Source of the DNA: Spirochaetaceae bacterium UBA5556
GTDB lineage: Bacteria > Spirochaetota > Spirochaetia > Treponematales > Rectinemataceae
DNA: 64,000 bases
Direction: 5' to 3'
NCBI GenBank assembly: GCA_002425765.1
Contig: DIMW01000002.1
Location: 106,590 to 170,589, forward strand
The position numbers and the translations under genes are program-made. This document shows positions 1 through 8,840 of the stretch, in pieces (the first letter of the stretch is position 1; each line of letters opens with the position of its first letter). The notes under the pieces are model-generated. The model was not told where the DNA came from and did no database searches. It saw nothing but the letters and a program-made list of their open reading frames with translations.

Positions 1-91
1 AGACAGGCTTGGAGAACAGCTTGTGGGAGACATTGAAGTGTTTCGTGAGGCCCTTCGCCTCAAGAAAGGGCTGTTCCTGTTTCGTGCTCAT
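1..91 (-). CDS. Peptide ABC transporter ATP-binding protein, OppF/DppF-like (5' end only; gene runs off the window)
   Basis: Minus strand from ATG at 91..89 reads MSTKQEQPFLEAKGLTKHFNVSHKLFSKPV, a typical N-terminus for the second ATPase of peptide ABC systems. Its ATG overlaps the TGA of the upstream OppD-like gene (ATGA). Confidence 0.6.
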   Translation of the reverse strand, partial: MSTKQEQPFLEAKGLTKHFNVSHKLFSKPV

Positions 92-1092
92 GACAGCGCT
101 CCGGAATAGAGATGACAGCGTACGGAATGGCCGTCCCTGATCTTCGTGAGCGGCGGCGCCTCGACCCTGCACAGATCCATGCAGCGATCACATCGCGGGT
201 GAAAACGGCACCCTGAGGGGAAATTCTTCGCCGCCGGCACCATGCCGGGGATGGAGTACAGAAATTTCTGCCTTTCTCCCCTCAACGTGGGGATGGAGGC
301 GATAAGCCCCTGTGTATAGGGATGGATCGGCTTCTTCAAGATTGTCTCGACATCCGCTTTTTCGACGATGCGCCCCGCGTACATGACGAGGACTTCTTCG
401 CAGAGGTCCGCGATGATGCCCAGGTTGTGGGTAATGAGCATAAGCGAGCCTCTGCCCTTGAGCCGCTTCATCAGCGCAAGCACCTGCGCCTGAATCGTCA
501 CGTCGAGCGCCGTCGTAGGTTCGTCGGCGATGAGCAGCAGAGGATGACAGGCGATCGCCATCGCGATCATGACCCTCTGCCTCATCCCTCCGGAGAACTG
601 ATGCGGATAATCCTCAACTCTTTTTTCGGGGGCGGAGATGCCGACTTCCCGCAGTAGTTCGATCGCCGAGGACCTGCGATCATCCGGGGACAGTTCGGGC
701 CGGTGACGGGCAAGCACTTCCTCGATTTGAAAACCCACGGAGAGCACGGGGTTCAGGGATGTCATCGGTTCCTGGAATATCATCGCTATTTTGCCGCCCC
801 TGATGTCCTGCATCTCCCGCTCGGTCTTTTCAAGAAGATTCTCATTGCCCAGGAAAATCGCGCCACCCTGCACCACCAGCTGCTTCGACAGCAGCCGAAT
901 GGCGGAAAGGCCTGTTATGCTCTTGCCGCATCCCGATTCGCCCACAATGCCTAAAGCACGCCCTTCCTTCACCGAGAAGCTGAGCGAGTCGAGAAGATTG
1001 ATGATATGCCCATCGTCATCCAGATATCCCGCTGAATAATTATCGAATATGAGGATGTCGTCTGGGGCTTGCCGTCCCTGTACCTCCCGCAT
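88..1092 (-). CDS. Oligopeptide/dipeptide ABC transporter ATP-binding protein (OppD/DppD-like)
   Basis: Walker A GESGCGKS, signature FSGGMRQR, Walker B LLIADEPTTALD, and a C-terminal Opp-type tail (GCRFHPRCDRCMDLC). AAGGAG SD lies upstream of ATG 1092. Confidence 0.9.
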   Translation of the reverse strand: MREVQGRQAPDDILIFDNYSAGYLDDDGHIINLLDSLSFSVKEGRALGIVGESGCGKSITGLSAIRLLSKQLVVQGGAIFLGNENLLEKTEREMQDIRGGKIAMIFQEPMTSLNPVLSVGFQIEEVLARHRPELSPDDRRSSAIELLREVGISAPEKRVEDYPHQFSGGMRQRVMIAMAIACHPLLLIADEPTTALDVTIQAQVLALMKRLKGRGSLMLITHNLGIIADLCEEVLVMYAGRIVEKADVETILKKPIHPYTQGLIASIPTLRGERQKFLYSIPGMVPAAKNFPSGCRFHPRCDRCMDLCRVEAPPLTKIRDGHSVRCHLYSGALS

Positions 1093-1264
1093 GCGTATAC
1101 CTATCTCCTTTGAATATTAAGGAGCGATAGTATGTCATGGGGTTATAAATGTCAACTCTTTTACTAAAGAATTATATATGTTTATGCAAAATTAATAAAA
1201 ATTATTTCATTCTTTGAAATTGCATTTCTATTTTTGCTCATCAATGCGTAGATATCAGTTATCT

Positions 1265-1360
1265 GCCTTACAGATGAATACACTAAAACGGATATAGTGA
1301 CTCTCACTGGAATCATGCGCTTTTCAATCGCTATGTCTTCAATGCTCTTGCGAATTCTCT
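1265..1360 (-). pseudogene. Decayed ~95-bp duplicate of the 3' coding end of the adjacent GGDEF gene (frameshifted relic)
   Basis: 1265-1360 aligns with 1486-1581 inside the GGDEF CDS. A core of about 53 nt (ACTGGAATCATGCGCTTTTCAATCGCTATG[T/C]CTTCAATGCTCTTGCGAATTC) differs at one position, and the flanks are degenerate with a 2-nt indel. The minus strand would read RIRKSIEDIAIEKRMIPVRVTIS versus the genuine GIRKSIEGIAIEKRMIPVKVTVS, with a stop codon directly upstream. Confidence 0.65.
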
Positions 1361-1388
1361 ATAAAGTCGGAAGCACCAATTTTCATTA

Positions 1389-2924
1389 TTACACCTCAAT
1401 TCTGTTGCGCCCTCTGTTCTTGGCCTGGTACAGCGAGCTGTCCGCGACCCTCAAGAGCTCATCGATATTATATGTTGATTCCCCCGCCTTACAGATGGAT
1501 ACGCCAATCGATACTGTTACCTTGACTGGAATCATGCGCTTTTCAATCGCTATGCCTTCAATGCTCTTGCGAATTCCCTCGGCGACTTCCATCGCCTCTT
1601 CTCTCTGCGCGTGCTGCAGCAACACGACAAATTCCTCGCCGCCATAACGGCCTGCAATACCAAATTTTTTACTTCTTATCTTAATGACACGACCAACCGC
1701 CGACAGCACTTTATCGCCGACAATATGGCCAAAACGGTCATTGACATTTTTAAAGTGATCTACATCTATCATGAGCATCGCCATATCTTTTTGAGCTTTC
1801 TGTCCCTGGCAAAGGGCTTTTTCCGCGCGCTCCATAAAATGGCGCCTGTTATAAAGGCCGGTGAGTACATCAAAATTCGCATATCTTCGCAGACGTTTCA
1901 TGAGCAGTTTGCTTTCGGTCATGTCCCTAAACAAATAAATCCGCCCCAATTCTGAGCGCCCCTCGTAAATCTGAGTAAATTTACCTTGGTAATATCGTTT
2001 AGCGCCTGATAATTCGATCATCTTTTCGATTTTTTGATTCTGGGCAAGGTTGAATAATGCAGCATCGCTGGGATTGGATATAGGCTTGCCGATGCTGCTC
2101 ACATCGAGCCATGGGAAAATTTTCTGCGCCGCGGTATTAAATTCCGAAATTTTGTTATCTTGGTCCAAAACCAAAACCCCGTCGTCGATACTGGTAAAAA
2201 TTGAATACAACAAGACCTCTTCGGAGCTCAACGCTCCAAAACGAAATACCGCAATCGCAATAAAGAGCGTGGTAAAAGCGATGCCGAACGACCCAAGATC
2301 AATATTATGAGGCGAAAGTCCAAGCTGATATATGAGGATCCACGGCACAAGATTCACAGTCCCCAAAAGTATCCAAAAACTATCGGTGGAATAAGAACCC
2401 CCAGATCTTTGCCATGAACGCAACTGAAGGATAAAGCTTATAATAATAAGTAAGAATTGATAGATATTCTGAACCCAATACCAGGGCCCCTTCTCAATGA
2501 TTACAAAACAATGCCCGGAGGCTGCAGATAAGCTCAGCGATCTATAAAAATAACCCTGATATTCCTGAGTGGCGACTAGAAAAAGCGTAATTGTCGGTAT
2601 AACAAAAACAAAAACAATCATTCTGAATCGAGGGTTGTGGTTATACCATAATTTCCAAGAGAGCAGAAACCAAAATGACGAGATGAAGGCCAGCCCAAAA
2701 TATTCAAAACTGAGCCAAAAACGGATATCGGCCAAAGAGCGAGCCCCTAACTCTGAAGCATAGCCCAAAATGTAGATAAATGAGCAGAGTGCCACGCAAA
2801 AGAAGTAACGCGCCAAATGGCTTTTTTGGCGTATCATGGAATAGATTACAAGCAGGCCAATCACGGCGCTCGCCGTATAAAGGATTATTCTGAGGGTGTC
2901 TATGCTCATGTCACTCTGTTCCAT
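1389..2924 (-). CDS. Membrane-bound diguanylate cyclase (multi-TM sensor, PAS-like region, GGDEF domain)
   Basis: About 8 hydrophobic helices at the N-terminus and a C-terminal GGDEF domain with intact RYGGEEF. No RxxD I-site upstream (RSKKFGIAG). Start moved to ATG 2924 because the first 42 codons of the ORF-track call overlap murR. The gene is visibly AT-richer than its neighbours. Confidence 0.85.
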   Translation of the reverse strand: MEQSDMSIDTLRIILYTASAVIGLLVIYSMIRQKSHLARYFFCVALCSFIYILGYASELGARSLADIRFWLSFEYFGLAFISSFWFLLSWKLWYNHNPRFRMIVFVFVIPTITLFLVATQEYQGYFYRSLSLSAASGHCFVIIEKGPWYWVQNIYQFLLIIISFILQLRSWQRSGGSYSTDSFWILLGTVNLVPWILIYQLGLSPHNIDLGSFGIAFTTLFIAIAVFRFGALSSEEVLLYSIFTSIDDGVLVLDQDNKISEFNTAAQKIFPWLDVSSIGKPISNPSDAALFNLAQNQKIEKMIELSGAKRYYQGKFTQIYEGRSELGRIYLFRDMTESKLLMKRLRRYANFDVLTGLYNRRHFMERAEKALCQGQKAQKDMAMLMIDVDHFKNVNDRFGHIVGDKVLSAVGRVIKIRSKKFGIAGRYGGEEFVVLLQHAQREEAMEVAEGIRKSIEGIAIEKRMIPVKVTVSIGVSICKAGESTYNIDELLRVADSSLYQAKNRGRNRIEV

Positions 2925-3000
2925 CTCTATTGTAGGGTAAGAATCGGGAACATGCCAGTGTCGCCGCAGCAATAAATATGCACATACTTCTATGGTTTTT

Positions 3001-3849
3001 TTAAAATCTGTGCGTCGCCTGCATCGAGCGCTCCAGCGCGGCGATTGCACTGTCGAGATCGTGTGAAATGAGTACGTTGAAAAGAATATCGATGGCCGCG
3101 AGCTGACTGATCCTAGACAGTTCCGCAGCGCTTCGATAAATTCTTTCTACAGAAGGAATTTCAAAGATAAGATCTGAATGATCGCGCAGCCGGTTTGGGC
3201 CGGTCATGGTCATCGCGATGAGAAAGGTCCCCCGCGCTTTTGCCTGTGCCGCGACTTCTATCATCTCATTCGTCTCACCTGAATATGAAATGATAAAGGC
3301 GATATCTTGCGGGCGAAGAGAACATGCGGCCGCGATCTGCGCATGAGTATCGAAGAGATATGAGCTGGGTATGCCGATCCGCGTCAGTTTTTGATGCAAG
3401 TCCAAGGCCACAAGCCCCGAAGCGCCAATGCCGAAAATTGCAACCATGCCAGCTGTCCGGATCCGTTCGGCCGCTTCTTCCACGACCTTGGGGTCAAGCG
3501 TCTGCGCGAGAGCGCCCATCGTGCGCCGTACGGCTTCGGTCATATCATGCAGCGCACGGGCACCCGGCGTCTGGGATTCAAGCTCCAAATCGGGCAGATA
3601 TTTTTCTCCCCAACCCTGATACACATCCTTTGCAAGCCATATCTTAAAATCGGCATATTTCCCCGCGCCTATGTGCTTGCAAAACCGAACGACCGCGGCA
3701 GGACTTGTTCCCGCCTGACGGGCCAATTCGCTTATATTGAGGTGCAGCACCTTTTGCGGAGACACTTGTATAAATGCCGCGATCTTGCGTTCTTTCTCCG
3801 CGAGATCCGGCATTGCCGCAACAATGGTATCAAGCGCGCCCTGAGTCAT
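3001..3849 (-). CDS. murR: MurR/RpiR-family transcriptional regulator (HTH_6 plus SIS domain)
   Basis: N-terminal HTH (ISELARQAGTSPAAVVRFCKHIG) and a C-terminal SIS sugar-phosphate-binding domain (IFGIGASG). Its ATG overlaps the murQ stop (ATGA at 3846-3849). Confidence 0.85.
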   Translation of the reverse strand: MTQGALDTIVAAMPDLAEKERKIAAFIQVSPQKVLHLNISELARQAGTSPAAVVRFCKHIGAGKYADFKIWLAKDVYQGWGEKYLPDLELESQTPGARALHDMTEAVRRTMGALAQTLDPKVVEEAAERIRTAGMVAIFGIGASGLVALDLHQKLTRIGIPSSYLFDTHAQIAAACSLRPQDIAFIISYSGETNEMIEVAAQAKARGTFLIAMTMTGPNRLRDHSDLIFEIPSVERIYRSAAELSRISQLAAIDILFNVLISHDLDSAIAALERSMQATHRF

Positions 3850-4784
3850 TTTGATTTCTTCTCCGTGGAATACATCCGCATTGCCTCGGAGAGGCGTCCC
3901 TGCCCACGTTGGAGAAGGACGCCGGCCTCCATGGCGCCGATGCCAAGCGCGATCATGAGAATCGCGATCTTCGGCTTACCCCCCGAGGCCAAAAACACCG
4001 CCTCGGCCTCATCCTTTGTACAGCCCGTCGCCTGGCGAATAAGACGCTTCGAACGCTCCACGAGTTTCCGGTTGACGGGCATCAAATCCACCATGAGATT
4101 ACCATAAACTTTGCCTATGCGAATCATGCTCGTGGTAGTGAGCATATTGAGCACAAGCTTCTGCGCCGTGCCCGCTTTCATGCGGGTGGAACCCGTAATG
4201 ACTTCCGGCCCCACTTCAATGAGTATTTTGTGCTGGGCGATGCCGAAGGTCTTCGATTCGCGATTACAGGATATTGCGCCAACGCTAGCCCCCAAATCCT
4301 TCGCATATCGCATCGCGCCAAGCACGTAGGGCGCGGAACCGGAGGCGGTGATGCCCACAAGCACGTCTTTTGCGGAAAAATTGATATCGCGTAGCGCCTG
4401 CACTCCCCCCTCTGGCTCATCCTCAGCCCTTTCAATCGAGCTGCGCAGGGCGGAGTCCCCCCCCGCGATGAGGCCTACGACCATTCCTGGCTGAACACCA
4501 AATGTCGGCGGGCACTCGGACGCATCGAGGACGCCTAGCCTTCCAGATGTCCCGGCACCAATATATACGAGCCTTCCGTCACTGGTAAATGCATGGACAA
4601 TATCTTCGACCAGAGCCGCGATATTCGGCAACGCCTTTTCTATCGCGAACGGCACGCCCTTGTCTTCCTCATTTATTATGCGCAGGATATCCATCACCGG
4701 GAGAGCGTCGATATTCGCGGAACGCGCGTTGCGCGATTCCGTGGTCGCGTGCTCCAGGGAATCATCGATCGAATGAATGTCCAT
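3846..4784 (-). CDS. murQ: N-acetylmuramic acid 6-phosphate etherase
   Basis: MurQ hallmarks: TTESRN near the N-terminus, SIS-domain GAGTSGRLGVLDASECPPTFG, GITASGSAPY, and ITGSTRMKAGTAQK. Confidence 0.93.
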   Translation of the reverse strand: MDIHSIDDSLEHATTESRNARSANIDALPVMDILRIINEEDKGVPFAIEKALPNIAALVEDIVHAFTSDGRLVYIGAGTSGRLGVLDASECPPTFGVQPGMVVGLIAGGDSALRSSIERAEDEPEGGVQALRDINFSAKDVLVGITASGSAPYVLGAMRYAKDLGASVGAISCNRESKTFGIAQHKILIEVGPEVITGSTRMKAGTAQKLVLNMLTTTSMIRIGKVYGNLMVDLMPVNRKLVERSKRLIRQATGCTKDEAEAVFLASGGKPKIAILMIALGIGAMEAGVLLQRGQGRLSEAMRMYSTEKKSK

Positions 4785-5508
4785 GTGTGGTCCTTTCCTT
4801 CAGAATTGGGGCAAGATAACGCGCGAGGGCCCGGCCAAGGTCCCTGTGGGACTCGGCGGAAAAATGCAATCCGTCTATGGGGCTGCTTGAGATGATCTGA
4901 CCAGAGTCAAAGAACAGACAGTCTTTTTCTTCGGCAACCTTCCGGAATACTTCCGCAAAGTTCTTCGACTTTTCGGGAGCGCCGATGAAACTCTCGGGAG
5001 TACCTTGGACGGAAAGTATGGGTGGGGGAGCGACTATCAGGATGCCAGGCGCATATTCCCCCCTCTGCCCAAACGGAAATCCCCTGACTTCATCGACAAG
5101 CACGCCCAGCCCCAGGCCTATATCATAGGCGGGCGCGGAGAAGCGACATTTCGCGTCATTGGTCCCCAGCATGATAATAAGCAGGTCGAGCGGAATATGC
5201 GTCTCAAGCAGCGCGGACAGGAAACCTGCGCCTTTTCTGAAGGCGGTTATCGGATCGTCGAAAACCGTCGTTCTTCCCGGTAGCCCTTCCTCAATGACAA
5301 TCCAGCTCTCGGGAAGATTGTCTTTCATGACGGCGGGCCATCGGCTTTCCGGGGGATACCGAAAACCGTTTTTCGGATTATATCCCCATGTATTTGAGTC
5401 TCCGTAACATAAAATTCTATGCGTTCCCGGCCCGGACGGGGAAATAGGCAAGACATCCTCCTCTTTCGCGCCATTCTCGCAATCCCGCAGCAGCCTGTGG
5501 ATTGTCAA
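4762..5508 (-). CDS. SGNH/GDSL-family hydrolase (esterase/deacetylase)
   Basis: Block I ILCYGDSNTWGY with the catalytic Ser, block III MLGTND, and a distal DGLHF (DxxH). It overlaps the murQ start by 23 nt, implying co-transcription. Confidence 0.8.
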   Translation of the reverse strand: MTIHRLLRDCENGAKEEDVLPISPSGPGTHRILCYGDSNTWGYNPKNGFRYPPESRWPAVMKDNLPESWIVIEEGLPGRTTVFDDPITAFRKGAGFLSALLETHIPLDLLIIMLGTNDAKCRFSAPAYDIGLGLGVLVDEVRGFPFGQRGEYAPGILIVAPPPILSVQGTPESFIGAPEKSKNFAEVFRKVAEEKDCLFFDSGQIISSSPIDGLHFSAESHRDLGRALARYLAPILKERTTHGHSFDR

Positions 5509-5595
5509 AGGCCCTTTTTTATCAATATATCATGCCCGGATTCCAAAATAAAGCATGGGGTGAAATTTTTTTTCAATCTTATTCCATTTTTGTTA

Positions 5596-5623
5596 TTGAC
5601 ATCTAAAAAATACCCTATAAAAT
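5596..5623 (+). promoter_or_regulatory. Candidate sigma70-type promoter for the sugar ABC operon
   Basis: TTGACA (5596-5601), 16-nt spacer, TAAAAT (5618-5623) in an AT-rich divergent intergenic region. It is followed by an AGGAGG SD and ATG 5666. Confidence 0.5.
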
Positions 5624-5665
5624 GAAAATATCTTTTACTACTCGAGCTATTTTTTAGGAGGTTGT

Positions 5666-6913
5666 ATGAAAAAAGCGAAATGGCTCTTTGCTCTTGCCAT
5701 TGCGGTATTGATGGCACTTCCCCTCGCGGCTCAGAAAACCGAACTCACGTTCTGGACCTGGCGGCCTGAAGATACGGAGAAATACGAGAAGCTTCTCGCA
5801 ACTTTCGAAAAGCAGAATCCTGGCATTACGGTCAAGATAAGCGCTTTCAAGAATACCGAATATAATACCATTTTGTCCGCGGCGCTTTCGGGCGGCTCCG
5901 GCCCCGATGTGTTCCAGAGCAGGGCCTACGGCGGGCTTGAGACCTTCGCACAGTCCGGCTATATGGAAAGCCTTGAAAAATGGGTGCCCGAGCTGAAGAA
6001 CTTCAACAAGGACGTATTGAGGGGCGCGACGTCAGTCAAAGACGGCAAGGTCTACGGCGTTCCATTTGCGTCCCAGACTCTTTTCGTGTTCTACAATAAG
6101 CAGATATATAAAGAACTGGGCCTGAAGGTTCCGGAGACTTGGGACGAGTTCCTCGCGAATTGTGCGGCGGTCAAGAAAGCGGGCTATCAGCCTCTGGCGA
6201 ACGGCGGTAAGGAAGGCTGGACGCTGGAAGTGATGATGGGATCGCTGTGCCCGAACTTCTACGGGGCGAACGATTTTTACGACGCTGTCGTCGCGGGCAA
6301 GACGACTTTCCAGGACCCGCGCTTCGTCTCCGCGATCGCGAAGCTCAAGGAGCTCACCCCTTATATGCCCGACCTGTACATGGGCGTAAGCTATACGGAT
6401 ATGCAGTCGGCGTTCATCAACGAGACGGCGGCCCACTTTATCGGAGGTTCCTTCGAGGCCGGCTATTTCGCGTCGCAGAATCCCAAGCTGGACTTCGATG
6501 TGTTCCCAGGGCCAACCGCCAAAAAGGGCGATCCTCACTATGTTTCGATCTATGCCGACGGGAATTTCAGTATGAACGCGGCCTCCAAGCAGAAGGAAAC
6601 CGCCGCGAAACTGCTCAAGTTCTTCGCGGGTAAGGAGACGGGAGATTTCTTCATCCGCGAGCTCCAGCAGGTCTCAGCGGTCCCCGGCGCCGACACGAGC
6701 GCGTCGCCGTATATCACGAAGGTCCTTTCGTTCCAGAAATACAGCACGCCCTATATCTTCCTCGTAGGTTTCAGGTATAATCAGCCGACGGGCTCGACGC
6801 TCATACAGGCTGCCCTGCAGGGATTCCTGGCCGGCAAGATCGATGCAGCGGAAGTGTGCAAGCAGGTTCAGGAAGGAATCGCCACATATTACGAACCGTT
6901 CAAGAAAAAATAA
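5666..6913 (+). CDS. ABC transporter substrate-binding protein, CUT1 (sugar) family
   Basis: N-terminal signal peptide (MKKAKWLFALAIAVLMALPLAAQ). Family-1 solute-binding fold pattern (TFWTWRPED, GSGPDVF). It is followed by two MalFG-type permeases. Confidence 0.9.
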   Translation: MKKAKWLFALAIAVLMALPLAAQKTELTFWTWRPEDTEKYEKLLATFEKQNPGITVKISAFKNTEYNTILSAALSGGSGPDVFQSRAYGGLETFAQSGYMESLEKWVPELKNFNKDVLRGATSVKDGKVYGVPFASQTLFVFYNKQIYKELGLKVPETWDEFLANCAAVKKAGYQPLANGGKEGWTLEVMMGSLCPNFYGANDFYDAVVAGKTTFQDPRFVSAIAKLKELTPYMPDLYMGVSYTDMQSAFINETAAHFIGGSFEAGYFASQNPKLDFDVFPGPTAKKGDPHYVSIYADGNFSMNAASKQKETAAKLLKFFAGKETGDFFIRELQQVSAVPGADTSASPYITKVLSFQKYSTPYIFLVGFRYNQPTGSTLIQAALQGFLAGKIDAAEVCKQVQEGIATYYEPFKKK

Positions 6914-7010
6914 TTGACTGGACCATTTCGGGCACCCCGGCCTTTCGTCGAGCGGGGTGCCCGAGTTTTATGCCGAGAGTTGGACTATCATTAAGCAGGT
7001 GGATGTTCCG

Positions 7011-7922
7011 ATGAACAAAAGAACCGCGGAAAGACGATGGATTCTCTTTTTTATCTCTCCGGCGCTCGCCGTCGTCTTCGTCATCATCCTTTTACCTCTC
7101 TTCATGTCGCTGTTCAACAGCCTTTTTTCCTGGAAACAGCTGATACGGCAGGATTTCATCGGCCTCGAGAATTTCCGGAAGGTGTTCTTTACAGAGCCTT
7201 ACAAAACAAGATTCTTCAACGCCCTTAAAAATAACGGACTCTGGTTCATTATCACGATGCTTATTCAGAATGTCGGCGGGCTTCTCATCGGCTATTTCCT
7301 CTCCCGCAGGGTATGGGCCCACGAATTCTATAAAAGAGTAATATTCATCCCCGTCCTTTTTTCGATTGTCGCCGTGGGATTTCTGTGGAGCCTCTACCTG
7401 AGGCCCAACGGGCTTGTCAACGGATTCCTGAAGATTGTCGGATTGCCACAACTGACGCGGGCATGGCTGGGCGACGAGAGCATAGCCACCTTCTCCATCA
7501 TATTCGTCAACATATGGAGATGGATCGGCTTCCCCAGCCTGGTCTTCCTCGCCGCGATCGACAATGTGCCCATGGATTGCCTGGAAGCCGCGTGGCTGGA
7601 CGGCGCCACCGACCGGAGGGTGTTCTTCAAGGTCATTCTGCCGCTCATCGTGCCGTCCATTCTGATCATTACCGTGCTGACCATTATCGGGAGCCTCAAT
7701 GTATTCGAGCAGATCTACACGATGGCCGGGCTCGACGGTGCTCCGAATTTCTCGACCGACACCATAGGGACGCTTTTCTACAGAACGGCATTCGGTTCGG
7801 TCGACTCGGGCAACCCCGAGATCGGCATCGGCTCGGCGATAGGCGTCATCATATACCTGCTGACCTTCCTGGCCTCGGTCGCTTCGATTGTGGGGCTCGG
7901 GAAGAAGGAGGTCGAGCTATGA
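7011..7922 (+). CDS. Sugar ABC transporter permease (MalF/UgpA type)
   Basis: Six hydrophobic helices and the EAA-type loop AAWLDGATDRRVFFKVILP. Start moved from ORF-track 6957 to ATG 7011, which has a purine-rich SD-like GCAGGTGGA upstream. Confidence 0.9.
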   Translation: MNKRTAERRWILFFISPALAVVFVIILLPLFMSLFNSLFSWKQLIRQDFIGLENFRKVFFTEPYKTRFFNALKNNGLWFIITMLIQNVGGLLIGYFLSRRVWAHEFYKRVIFIPVLFSIVAVGFLWSLYLRPNGLVNGFLKIVGLPQLTRAWLGDESIATFSIIFVNIWRWIGFPSLVFLAAIDNVPMDCLEAAWLDGATDRRVFFKVILPLIVPSILIITVLTIIGSLNVFEQIYTMAGLDGAPNFSTDTIGTLFYRTAFGSVDSGNPEIGIGSAIGVIIYLLTFLASVASIVGLGKKEVEL

Positions 7923-8773
7923 TCTCCGATCTCAGACTCAAAAATGCCACTCCCGGCAAAAAGATACTTATCATTTTCGTCCAGGTCGCGTTTATATGCT
8001 ATTCTCTCATCATCTTCTACCCGCTTTTCAACATGATAATGTCCTCATTCAAGTCGACCAGGGACATCCTGCGATTCCCCTTCGCGCTTCCCCAGAAGCT
8101 CGACTTCTCAAGCTATAAAACCGTCTGGGTGGACAGAGGATTCGGACGGTTCTTTTTCAACAGCGTGTGGATGACCACAGTGTCCATGATTTTCGTGCTG
8201 CTGTTCGGATCTATGGCCGCATACGGCGTCTCGCGCTACGTATACCGGATGAGGACCGCCGTATACATGCTTTTTCTCTCCGGAATCATGCTTCCGTTGA
8301 AGGCCGCCATCATCCCGCTCTTCATGCTCATGAAAAAACTGGGGTTCGTGGACAAGCCGATCTCCGTCATTCTGATCTTCATCGCGATGGGTCTGCCCTC
8401 GACCATATTCATACTGTCGGGATTCATGAAGACGATTCCCAAGGACCTTGAGTACGCCGCCCGCATCGATGGCTGCAATGACTGGATGATCTATCGCAAG
8501 GTGATCATGCCGGTCATCGCACCGGCCATCGCGCTCGTGACAATCTACAACGCGGTCCCGATCTGGAACGACTTTTTCTTTCCGCTTGTCTTCCTGCAGA
8601 ATCCGAAATACAAACCGCTACCGCTGGGGCTAACCAATTTTTTCGGACAGTACAGCACGGACTGGAGCCTTCTCTTTACGGCCCTGACCATCGCCATACT
8701 GCCAGTCCTGATTCTGTACATCTTCATGGCGAAGAATTTCATCAAGGGCATGACGGCGGGGGCGGTAAAGTAA
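7919..8773 (+). CDS. Sugar ABC transporter permease (MalG/UgpE type)
   Basis: EAA loop EYAARIDGCNDWMIYRKVIMP. ATG 7919 overlaps the upstream TGA (ATGA). The ORF-track 5' extension back to 7385 lies inside the preceding permease. Confidence 0.9.
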   Translation: MISDLRLKNATPGKKILIIFVQVAFICYSLIIFYPLFNMIMSSFKSTRDILRFPFALPQKLDFSSYKTVWVDRGFGRFFFNSVWMTTVSMIFVLLFGSMAAYGVSRYVYRMRTAVYMLFLSGIMLPLKAAIIPLFMLMKKLGFVDKPISVILIFIAMGLPSTIFILSGFMKTIPKDLEYAARIDGCNDWMIYRKVIMPVIAPAIALVTIYNAVPIWNDFFFPLVFLQNPKYKPLPLGLTNFFGQYSTDWSLLFTALTIAILPVLILYIFMAKNFIKGMTAGAVK

Positions 8774-8840
8774 CCGCGCCGGACTCCACGTCCGGAGTAG
8801 CAATGCCATCCATATCGCTTTCATATGCCAGGAGAATAAT

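Noticed and set aside
1297-1647. 116-aa plus-strand ORF with an internally repeated peptide (TLTGIMRFSIAM.SMLLRI twice)
   Set aside because: The repeat is the antisense reading of the GGDEF 3'-end duplication and is not a repeat protein. The ORF overlaps the GGDEF CDS.
7385-7918. 5' extension of the second permease ORF (ORF-track start 7385)
   Set aside because: The extension lies in an alternative frame inside the first permease and translates to Arg/His/Pro-rich sequence. The real start is ATG 7919, which overlaps the upstream stop.
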